From: Candidatus Methylomirabilia bacterium
GTDB lineage: Bacteria; Methylomirabilota; Methylomirabilia; Rokubacteriales; CSP1-6
DNA length: 14,052 nucleotides
Reading direction: 5' to 3'
Assembly (NCBI GenBank): GCA_041497895.1
Contig: JBGQHJ010000127.1
Location: 1 to 14,052, forward strand
A program made the position numbers and the translations under genes. Shown here piece after piece: positions 1 through 7,816 of the stretch. The notes under the pieces are model-generated. The model did no database searches and was not told the DNA's origin. It was given only the letters and a program-made list of their open reading frames with translations. Position 1 is the stretch's first letter; each line of letters starts with the position of its first letter.

Positions 1-1527
<1,527 letters not shown>

Positions 1528-1534
1528 GGCGCGG

Positions 1535-1543
1535 TGGTATCAT
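1535..1543 (+). promoter_or_regulatory. Possible extended -10 promoter for the tRNA
   Basis: TG-G-TATCAT (TGn plus -10-like hexamer 1538-1543) ends 7 nt before the first tRNA base. No convincing -35. Confidence 0.4.
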
Positions 1544-1550
1544 GAGCGAC

Positions 1551-1626
1551 GGGCCCATAGCTCAATTGGCAGAGCCCCCGGCTCATAACCGGTCCGGTCT
1601 TGGTTCGAGTCCAAGTGGGCCCACCA
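1551..1626 (+). tRNA. tRNA-Ile2 (anticodon CAT, lysidine-modified); elongator tRNA-Met less likely
   Basis: Cloverleaf: acceptor GGGCCCA/TGGGCCC, D arm GCTC-AATTGGCA-GAGC, anticodon arm CCCGG-CTCATAA-CCGGT (CAT 1584-1586), T arm CTTGG-TTCGAGT-CCAAG, encoded ACCA end. The G1:C72 pair excludes an initiator tRNA. C4:G69 and C5:G68 match the TilS determinants known from E. coli. Confidence 0.93.
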
Positions 1627-1633
1627 CCTGGAA

Positions 1634-1669
1634 CCCTCTCCCCGCCGGGGAGAGGGCAGGGTGAGGGGT
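1634..1669 (+). repeat. boxC/REP-like palindromic repeat, copy 1
   Basis: Perfect 10-bp stem CCCTCTCCCC-GCC-GGGGAGAGGG followed by CAGGGTGAGGGGT; second copy at 2408-2453. Confidence 0.75.
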
Positions 1670-1700
1670 GCCGGGCGGTCATGACATCGAGAGAGGGTAA

Positions 1701-2408
1701 GTGGACGGAAACCTCCAGACCCTGATCAATCTGCAGGCGATCGACACGCGGATCGCCGCGCTGGAGTCAGACGCCGCGCGGCTCCCCAAGGAGATCGCCG
1801 CGATCCACGCCGCGGTCGACGAAGCCAGGAAGCACGCCGAGCAGGCCAAGGGCCGCCTCGACGCCGCCCGCAAGGACCAGCGCGCCAAGGAGAAGGACCT
1901 CGAGGTCGTCCAGGCCAAGCGCTCCAAGAACGAGGCCCGGCTCTACGAGGTCAAGACCAACAAGGAGTACTCCGCGGTCCTGATCGAGATCGAGGAGATC
2001 AAGCAGGAGAAGGCCCGGATGGAGGAGGAGGTCCTGGTCCTCATGGAGGCCCAGGAGCGACTCGGCGGCGACATCCGCGAGGCCGAGGGGCGCTTCAAAC
2101 AGCGTGAGAGCGAGGGGCGGAGCCAGGAGGCCATGCTCAAGGAGCAGCTCCGTGGGATCGAGGCCGATCTGGCCGGCGTGCGCACCGAGCGGAAGGAGCT
2201 CGCGAGCAAGCTGCCCGCGAACATCCTCGCCGACTACGACCGGATCCTCCGCGCCCGCGGCGGGCTGGCCCTGGTCCCGGTGGCCAAGCCCAACTTCTGC
2301 GGCGCCTGCCGCATGACGATCACGCCCCAGCGCCTCCAGGAGCTGCGCGCGCAGTCCTCGCTCATTCCCTGCGAGTCCTGCGGTCGCTACCTCTACTGGC
2401 CCTCCTGA
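1701..2408 (+). CDS. Coiled-coil protein with C-terminal C4 zinc ribbon (DUF164/zf-RING_7, CT398/HP0958-like)
   Basis: GTG start after a purine-rich GAGAGGG. N-terminal LINLQAID, long E/K/R-rich coiled coil with TNKEY, C-terminal CGAC...CESCGRYLY. This family is typically found next to RNase H genes. Confidence 0.92.
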   Translation: MDGNLQTLINLQAIDTRIAALESDAARLPKEIAAIHAAVDEARKHAEQAKGRLDAARKDQRAKEKDLEVVQAKRSKNEARLYEVKTNKEYSAVLIEIEEIKQEKARMEEEVLVLMEAQERLGGDIREAEGRFKQRESEGRSQEAMLKEQLRGIEADLAGVRTERKELASKLPANILADYDRILRARGGLALVPVAKPNFCGACRMTITPQRLQELRAQSSLIPCESCGRYLYWPS

Positions 2409-2453
2409 CCCCTCTCGCCCTCTCCCCATGGAGGAGAGGGCAGGGTGAGGGGT
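2408..2453 (+). repeat. boxC/REP-like palindromic repeat, copy 2
   Basis: Stem CCCTCTCC 2418-2425 / GGAGAGGG 2433-2440, with outer pairing ACCCCTC 2408-2414 / GAGGGGT 2447-2453. GGAGAGGGCAGGGTGAGGGGT (2433-2453) is identical to 1649-1669. Confidence 0.75.
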
Positions 2454-2463
2454 CCCGGCGCCA

Positions 2464-2904
2464 ATGCCCGCGCAATCCCCCGTGATCATGTACACGGACG
2501 GCGCCTGCTCGGGCAACCCCGGGCCCGGGGGCTGGGGCGTCCTCATCATCGAGGACGGCCGCCAGAGGGAGCTGTCGGGCGGCGAGAACCCGACCACGAA
2601 TCAGCGCATGGAGCTGACCGCCCCGATCCAGGGCCTGCGCGCTCTCGAGGGACGGCGCCGGGTCGCCATTCACAGCGACAGCGCGTACGTGATCAACTGC
2701 TTCCGCGACAAGTGGTACGAACGCTGGCGCAAGAACGGCTGGCTCAACGCGCAGAAGAAGCCGGTGGATAACCGCGATCTCTGGGAAGCGCTGATCGCGC
2801 AGGTGGAGCGGCACGACGTCACCTGGCACAAGGTCGCCGGCCACAGCGGTCACCCCGAGAACGACCGCGCCGACGCCCTCGCCCGCTCCGGCATCCCCCG
2901 CTAG
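2464..2904 (+). CDS. rnhA: Ribonuclease HI
   Basis: YTDGACSGNPGPGGWG, TTNQRMELTA, SDSAYV, WRKNGW, VDNRDLW and WHKVAGHSGHPENDRADALA, giving all four acidic catalytic residues plus the His. Start could also be GTG 2482 or ATG 2488. Confidence 0.96.
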   Translation: MPAQSPVIMYTDGACSGNPGPGGWGVLIIEDGRQRELSGGENPTTNQRMELTAPIQGLRALEGRRRVAIHSDSAYVINCFRDKWYERWRKNGWLNAQKKPVDNRDLWEALIAQVERHDVTWHKVAGHSGHPENDRADALARSGIPR

Positions 2905-2907
2905 AAA

Positions 2908-2992
2908 GGGGTCAGGTCTTACATTCCGACATTTCCACTCACCGCCCGTGGTCTCACCCGAGGAAAAATGTCGGAATGTAAGACCTGACCCC
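2908..2992. repeat. 85-bp element with perfect 27-bp terminal inverted repeats (MITE/REPIN-like)
   Basis: GGGGTCAGGTCTTACATTCCGACATTT (2908-2934) and its exact reverse complement (2966-2992) around a 31-nt spacer. Arms are AT-richer than the surroundings. No target-site duplication visible. Confidence 0.85.
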
Positions 2993-3076
2993 CGCCGTGC
3001 CGCGGAGCGTCAGCACGGGGTCGCGGCGGTGCTTATTCTTGCCGGAGCCTCCGGAGGGCCGTGCTAAGACGGACGT

Positions 3077-3844
3077 ATGCTGACCGAGCACGATCGCGCG
3101 CACCGGATGGACGATCCCGATCATCGCGACGACGAGACGCCGGCCGCGACCGAGACGACGAGCCACTACCCCGTCCTCGAGGAGCCGTCCTGGCTCGTCG
3201 ACGACGACCTCGAGGAGATGGAAGCCCCGCGGGACTCCGCGTTCCGCGGCATCTGGATCGGCGCGGTCGCGGCGGGCATCACCTTCGTGCTCGTGTTCGC
3301 GGTTCCGCACTGGCTCGGCTGGTACGAGGTCGGGCCCTCGACGCCGCGGGCGAACCACGACCTCAACCCGGAGTCGGTCATCTCCACCGTCACCGCCAAG
3401 CCCTCGACGTCGCCGGCGGAGCCCGCGGCCACGGTCGCATCCGCCGTGACGCCGCCGCCGGCGGGCGCCCCGCCCGCGGCCGAGACCCGCGCCCCGGCCG
3501 CCGCGCGCGAGAGCAAGCCGGCGCCCCGCGAGACCAGGGCCGCGGTCGCCCCGCCCGACGCCAAGCCCGCGACGGCCGGCCGCGAGACGAAGCCGCCGAA
3601 GCCCGCCGCGACGGCGGGCCGGCGGACGTTCGCGGTGCAGATCGCGGCCTTCAAGAACGCCCGGCAGGCCGGTCGGGTGGCCGAGAACGCCAAGCGCGCC
3701 GGCTACGCGGCCGACGTCCTCCGGGTGGAGTCCTCCGCGGTGCCGTGGGTGGTGCGGATCGGCGGCTACTCGAGCCGCGAGCAGGCCGAGTCGGCCCGCG
3801 AGGCGCTCGCCAGGAAGGGCTTCCGCGGCGGCTTCATCCTGTAG
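3077..3844 (+). CDS. SPOR-domain peptidoglycan-binding membrane protein (FtsN/DedD-like architecture)
   Basis: Acidic N-terminus, single TM helix (GIWIGAVAAGITFVLVFAV), Pro/Ala-rich linker, C-terminal FAVQIAAFKNARQA...VVRIGGYSSREQAESAREAL. Start uncertain (3077 or 3107). Confidence 0.85.
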   Translation: MLTEHDRAHRMDDPDHRDDETPAATETTSHYPVLEEPSWLVDDDLEEMEAPRDSAFRGIWIGAVAAGITFVLVFAVPHWLGWYEVGPSTPRANHDLNPESVISTVTAKPSTSPAEPAATVASAVTPPPAGAPPAAETRAPAAARESKPAPRETRAAVAPPDAKPATAGRETKPPKPAATAGRRTFAVQIAAFKNARQAGRVAENAKRAGYAADVLRVESSAVPWVVRIGGYSSREQAESAREALARKGFRGGFIL

Positions 3845-3859
3845 CCGCCGGCCGCCCGG

Positions 3860-5218
3860 TCAGGGCAGCAGCGGCCACTTGCTCTCGACGGTGAGCCCGG
3901 CGCGGCGCACCTGGTCGCGGGCCAGCTTCTCCACCCGCTCGTAGACGGCCCGCTCGTCGACGGTGGTGATGCGCCCCTCGTCGAGCACCAGCCGCCCGTC
4001 GATCATCACGCTGCGCACGCTCGCCCCGCTCGCCGCGTAGACCAGGTTGTTGAGCGGGTTGAGCAGCGGCCGCCACTCCGGCGCGTCGCGATCGAAGAGC
4101 ACGAGGTCGGCCCGCTTCCCCGGCTCGAGCGAGCCGATCTCCCGCTCCATCAGCAGGGCCTCGGCCCCGCGGATCGTCGCCATCTCGAGCACCGTCTCGG
4201 GCGGCATCACCCGCACGTCGAGGCGGGCGTCCTTGTAGATGTTCGCCACGAGGTACATCATCCGCAGCATGTCGAAGTGATTCGACCCGTTGCCGCTGTC
4301 GCCGCCCAGCGAGACGCAGACTCCGTCCCGGACCATCTCCGGCACGCGCGCGTGCGCGGCGAGGCCCTTGGTGTGCTTGAGCCCCGCGGTGGGGCAGTGG
4401 CTGATCTTGACCCCGCGCCGCACGAGCCGGGCGATGTCGGCGTCGTCGAGATAGACCATGTGAGAGAGCTTGGCGTTCGGCGCGAGCACCCCCCACGCAT
4501 CCAGCGTCGCGAGCGGCAGGCGGTCCCGGGTCCGCCGCGAGGGATGCGAGGCCAGGTGCATCATCCCCCACCCCACTCCGTGCCGGTCGGCGAGCGCCTT
4601 GGCCCCGCGGATCAGCTCTTCCGAGCAGGTGCCGAAGCCCAGCAGGAGCGGCCAGCCGCGTACGAGGCCGCCCCGCGATCCCAGATCCGCGAGCATCGCC
4701 TCGTTGGCCGCGAGCGCCTCCGCGGTGGTCTGCCGCATGCGCTCCGGGCCCGACTCGAGGTCCCACGTCCAGCGGCCGAGGATGGCCCGCATCCCGAGCC
4801 GCTCGACCGCGTTCGCCACCGCGCCGGTGTCGAAGAGGGTGCCGGCCTCGCAGAAGGTGGTGGTGCCGGTGCGGATCATCTCGATCCCGGCCAGCAGCGC
4901 CGCGTGCTGCTCGTCCTCCGCGGTCATCACCGAGTAGAGCGGGATCAGCCAGTCGGGCAGGTAGCGGTCCACCGGGATGTCGTCGAGCAGGAGACCGCGA
5001 TTCAGGTGCTCGGAGAGATGAACGTGGGTGTCCACGAACCCGGGCGTCACCACCAGCCGGCTCCCGTCGATCACCCGGTCGGGCTCGCGCGGCGGGCGCA
5101 CCTCGCGCGAGGGGCCGACCTGCAGGATGCGGGAGCCCTCGACCAGGACGGAGCCGTCGGCGAAGATGCGCCGGAGGGCGTCCACCGTGACGACGGTGGC
5201 GTGCTCGACGAGGATCAC
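3860..5218 (-). CDS. Amidohydrolase-superfamily protein (MTA/SAH deaminase / AtzA-like subgroup)
   Basis: True start is probably GTG 5218, overlapping the FAH stop as GTGA; the ORF-track extension to 5872 is shadow. Motifs PGFVDTHVHL, EMIRTGTTT, MMHLASH, SHMV, SHCP, LGGDSG, EMATIRGAEAL, GSLEPGKRADLV. Confidence 0.92.
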   Translation of the reverse strand: MILVEHATVVTVDALRRIFADGSVLVEGSRILQVGPSREVRPPREPDRVIDGSRLVVTPGFVDTHVHLSEHLNRGLLLDDIPVDRYLPDWLIPLYSVMTAEDEQHAALLAGIEMIRTGTTTFCEAGTLFDTGAVANAVERLGMRAILGRWTWDLESGPERMRQTTAEALAANEAMLADLGSRGGLVRGWPLLLGFGTCSEELIRGAKALADRHGVGWGMMHLASHPSRRTRDRLPLATLDAWGVLAPNAKLSHMVYLDDADIARLVRRGVKISHCPTAGLKHTKGLAAHARVPEMVRDGVCVSLGGDSGNGSNHFDMLRMMYLVANIYKDARLDVRVMPPETVLEMATIRGAEALLMEREIGSLEPGKRADLVLFDRDAPEWRPLLNPLNNLVYAASGASVRSVMIDGRLVLDEGRITTVDERAVYERVEKLARDQVRRAGLTVESKWPLLP

Positions 5219-6063
5219 GCCCGGCGCTGGATCACCCGGTGGCGCTGCTTTCCGAGACCGTCGATCCCCTGCTCCACCGTGTCGCCGGGCACGAGGTAGC
5301 GCGGCGGTCGGGCCCCGTGGCCCACCCCGGCGGGCGTGCCGGTCGACACCAGGTCGCCCGGGAGCAGCGTCATGAAGCGGCTCAGATAGGCGACGAGCTG
5401 CCGCACCGGGAAAACCATGTCGCGGGTGCTGCCGTGCTGGCGACGCTCGCCGTTGACGGTGGTCCACAGGGCCAGGGCCTGGGGATCCGCGATCTCGTCG
5501 GCGGTCACGAGCCACGGGCCGATCGGGGCGAAGGTGTCGGCGCTCTTGCCCTTGGTGGTGCCGCCGCCGTGCTCCATCTGGAACTCGCGCTCCGAGACGT
5601 CGTTCAGCAGGCAGTAGGCGGCCACGTGGCCCAGCGCGCGCGCCTCGCCCACCGAGCGGGCCGCGCGCCCGATCACCGCGGCCAGCTCCACCTCGTAGTC
5701 GAGCTTGACCGCGCCCGGGGGCCGCGCGATCGGATCGTCGGGCCCGCTGATCGCGCTGTTGGCCTTGATGAAGATGGTCGGCTCCTTCGGCAGCGGCAGC
5801 GAGACCTCCTGGGCGTGGTCGGTGTAGTTGAGCCCGATGCAGACGATCTTGCCGATCCCGGCGAGCGGGCACCCGAGCCGGGGCTTCCCCTTCACGAGCG
5901 GGAGCCGGTCGACCTTCACCGTGCGGAAGCGCTTGAGCCCGGCGGGCGACAGCGCCTCCGGGGTGATGTCGGGGACCACGCGCGAGAGATCGCGGAGACG
6001 GCCGGCGGCATCGACCAGGCCCGGGCGCTCGGCACCCGCGCGACCGTAGCGAACGAGCTTCAT
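5215..6063 (-). CDS. Fumarylacetoacetate (FAA) hydrolase family protein
   Basis: MKLVRYG...ERPG N-terminus, KIVCIGLNYTDH, EPTIFIK, DYEVEL, NDVSER, KGKSADTFAPIGP, STGTPAGVG; GGGAG RBS upstream on the minus strand. Confidence 0.95.
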   Translation of the reverse strand: MKLVRYGRAGAERPGLVDAAGRLRDLSRVVPDITPEALSPAGLKRFRTVKVDRLPLVKGKPRLGCPLAGIGKIVCIGLNYTDHAQEVSLPLPKEPTIFIKANSAISGPDDPIARPPGAVKLDYEVELAAVIGRAARSVGEARALGHVAAYCLLNDVSEREFQMEHGGGTTKGKSADTFAPIGPWLVTADEIADPQALALWTTVNGERRQHGSTRDMVFPVRQLVAYLSRFMTLLPGDLVSTGTPAGVGHGARPPRYLVPGDTVEQGIDGLGKQRHRVIQRRA

Positions 6064-6073
6064 GGGCGCTCCC

Positions 6074-6289
6074 TCAATGGGCGGCCAGGCCCGGCACCGA
6101 CATCACGAGGTGGAGATAGCCGCCCAGCTCGTTGATCCGGCGCATGTCGTGGGCCGCGAAGGCGGCGCGCTCGGCCTCGGTCAGATCGGCGTCGGCCAGC
6201 GCGGCGCGCGGGTCGGCCTCGAAGCGGGCGCGGAACTCGGGGTCCTTCTTGAGGCGATAGAGCACGCTGTTGATCGCGTAGCGGCTCAC
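6074..6289 (-). CDS. Small LigA-like subunit of a ring-opening dioxygenase (71 aa)
   Basis: GTG 6289 overlaps the LigB-like stop (GTGA). MSRYAINSVLYRLKKDPEFRARFEADPRAALADADLTEAERAAFAAHDMRRINELGGYLHLV has the LigA-type pattern R-F-x-A-D-P...LT-x-x-E...D...LG. Only this C-terminal part of track ORF 6074..7210 looks real. Confidence 0.8.
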   Translation of the reverse strand: MSRYAINSVLYRLKKDPEFRARFEADPRAALADADLTEAERAAFAAHDMRRINELGGYLHLVMSVPGLAAH

Positions 6290-7131
6290 GCGAGGCTCCA
6301 CTCGACCGCGGCCATGTTGATCCGCGGCAGCTCGCCGAAGTAGCGCACCTGCGCGCGGGCGGGCGTGACCGCGCCGATCAGGACCATCCAGTTGAGGAAC
6401 TCGTGCTCGCCGGTCTTGTGCAGCTCGCCGACGGTCAGCTCCCGCAGCGGCTCGTGCTCGCCCCGCTCCATCCAGTGGATGAGCTTCCGGTCGAAGACGG
6501 TGTCGGTCTCGCCGACCCGGGGCAGCGACAGCTCCGGGAAATGCGAGAGCCCGCCGGTGGCGATGATGCCGACGTTCCACCGCGAGGCCGCCACCACCCG
6601 CGCGATGTGGCGCCCGAAGTCGAAGCAGCGCTTCGGGGTCGGCTGGGGCGCCACGAAGCAGTTCACCCAGATCGGCACCAGCGGGGGAATCGGTCGCGTC
6701 CCGTGCATCGTGTTCACCGGGCTCAGGAACGCGTGGTCCACCGGAGCCTCCCAGGACATGGCCAGGTCGAATCCGGACCCGAGCCCCTGCTCGAGGATCT
6801 GGTTGGCCAGGTCCTCGTGGAGCGGGTACTCCTCCGGCATGTGCTCGAGGACCGCGTCGAAGGCCTCCGCGTGATCCTGCTTCATGCGCTGCACGCTCCG
6901 GCCGATGCGCACGCAGAGGGCCGGCACCGCGTTGAACGAGAACGCGTTCAGGTGGTCGTCGGCCACCACGATGAGGGCGTCGGCGCGGGTGGCCGAGAAG
7001 CGCTCGCCCATCCGGGCGATCTCGGCCATGCAGGCGACGACGGTCCGGCGGCCCTCGTCGCCGCACGCGCGCTGGTAGTAGTCGGGGTCGAGGACGTGCG
7101 ACATCGCGCCCGCGAAGACGATCCTGCCCAT
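6286..7131 (-). CDS. LigB-type (class III) extradiol ring-cleavage dioxygenase catalytic subunit
   Basis: ATG 7131 after AGGAGG. MGRIVFAGAMSH (first Fe ligand), DALIVVADDH (second Fe ligand), VDHAF, VPIWVN, P-TPKRCFDFG, TGGLSH (catalytic His), FDR, HEFLNW (Glu ligand). Confidence 0.92.
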   Translation of the reverse strand: MGRIVFAGAMSHVLDPDYYQRACGDEGRRTVVACMAEIARMGERFSATRADALIVVADDHLNAFSFNAVPALCVRIGRSVQRMKQDHAEAFDAVLEHMPEEYPLHEDLANQILEQGLGSGFDLAMSWEAPVDHAFLSPVNTMHGTRPIPPLVPIWVNCFVAPQPTPKRCFDFGRHIARVVAASRWNVGIIATGGLSHFPELSLPRVGETDTVFDRKLIHWMERGEHEPLRELTVGELHKTGEHEFLNWMVLIGAVTPARAQVRYFGELPRINMAAVEWSLA

Positions 7132-7181
7132 GAGTGAAGCCTCCTGGCCGGGCCCCCGGACGCGAGCCCGTCGCCGCGCGG

Positions 7182-7210
7182 ATCGTAGCGGATAGGCGCG
7201 GCCGGCGCAA
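7182..7210 (-). promoter_or_regulatory. sigma70-like promoter for the leftward (dioxygenase) operon
   Basis: Minus strand TTGCGC (7210-7205), 17-nt spacer, TACGAT (7187-7182). Confidence 0.6.
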
Positions 7211-7226
7211 GGCACGGCGTCGCGCC

Positions 7227-7255
7227 TTGCAGGCCCGGGAGGGACCGACTAGACT
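7227..7255 (+). promoter_or_regulatory. sigma70-like promoter for the rightward (cupin) operon
   Basis: TTGCAG (7227-7232), 17-nt spacer, TAGACT (7250-7255), then the GGGAGG RBS and ATG 7279. Confidence 0.6.
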
Positions 7256-7278
7256 GAGGCTCCCGGGAGGACACCGAC

Positions 7279-7791
7279 ATGACCCAGGCCGCTCCGTCGC
7301 TTCACGAGCTGCTCCGCACCCACGTGGCCCGCTTCACCGAGCGCCGCGCCGACTGGGACGCCTTCGCCGACGCGCGGGTGGAGGGCTTCAAGCGCGCGCA
7401 GCATCGCTTCATCGGCTCGGGTGCCTCCGGCAAGACGGACGCCTCGGTGATCCCCGCCCAGCACTTCACGCTGTCGGTCATGTTCGTCCCGCCCGGGCAG
7501 GGCAACGCCCCGCACACCCACGAGGTCGAGGAGGTCTTCTTCATCCTCGAGGGCAAGGTGCTGGTGTTCATCGAGGACGGGGCCGGCCACCGCGCCGAGA
7601 CGGTGCTGGGCCCATGGGACTGCGTCTCCTGCCCGGCGAACGTGATCCACGGCTTCACCAACGTGGGCCTCGAGCCCGCGTACCTGCAGGTGATGCTCGG
7701 GAAGGCCCGGCCCGAGTTGATGACCTACACCGACGGCGATCTCCAGTCCCGGCGCGACGAGCACCTGCGGGCCGCGGGCACCCGCGGCTAG
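7279..7791 (+). CDS. Cupin-domain protein (monocupin with metal-binding motifs)
   Basis: Cupin motif 1 PGQGNAPHTHEVEEVFFILEG and motif 2 PWDCVSCPANVIHGFTN; good RBS. Confidence 0.9.
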   Translation: MTQAAPSLHELLRTHVARFTERRADWDAFADARVEGFKRAQHRFIGSGASGKTDASVIPAQHFTLSVMFVPPGQGNAPHTHEVEEVFFILEGKVLVFIEDGAGHRAETVLGPWDCVSCPANVIHGFTNVGLEPAYLQVMLGKARPELMTYTDGDLQSRRDEHLRAAGTRG

Positions 7792-7816
7792 CCCGCGCCT
7801 CCCGGTCCTGGCTCCC

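Noticed and set aside
1551..1626. Initiator tRNA-fMet
   Set aside because: Has a paired G1:C72 and lacks the three consecutive G:C pairs in the anticodon stem.
2960..2972. GAGGAAA resembling the RNase P RNA GAGGAAAGUCC motif
   Set aside because: Only 7 nt match, it continues into the repeat arm, and the gap is too short for rnpB.
1634..2992. Repeats read as a CRISPR array or as att sites of a tRNA-integrated island
   Set aside because: Only two copies about 780 nt apart with a gene between; no cas or integrase gene; no duplicate of the tRNA 3' end seen in the window.
3039..3081. Promoter for the SPOR gene (TTGCCG with TAAGAC or TATGCT)
   Set aside because: Spacing is 20 nt or more and TAAGAC lacks the final T; too weak to call.
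3845..3859. Terminator between the convergent SPOR and amidohydrolase genes
   Set aside because: Only 15 nt, entirely G/C, with no U-tract on either strand.
5219..5872. Apparent N-terminal extension of the amidohydrolase (670-aa ORF), suggesting a fusion
   Set aside because: It is an off-frame reading of the FAH gene; the GTGA overlap at 5215-5218 gives a normal start.
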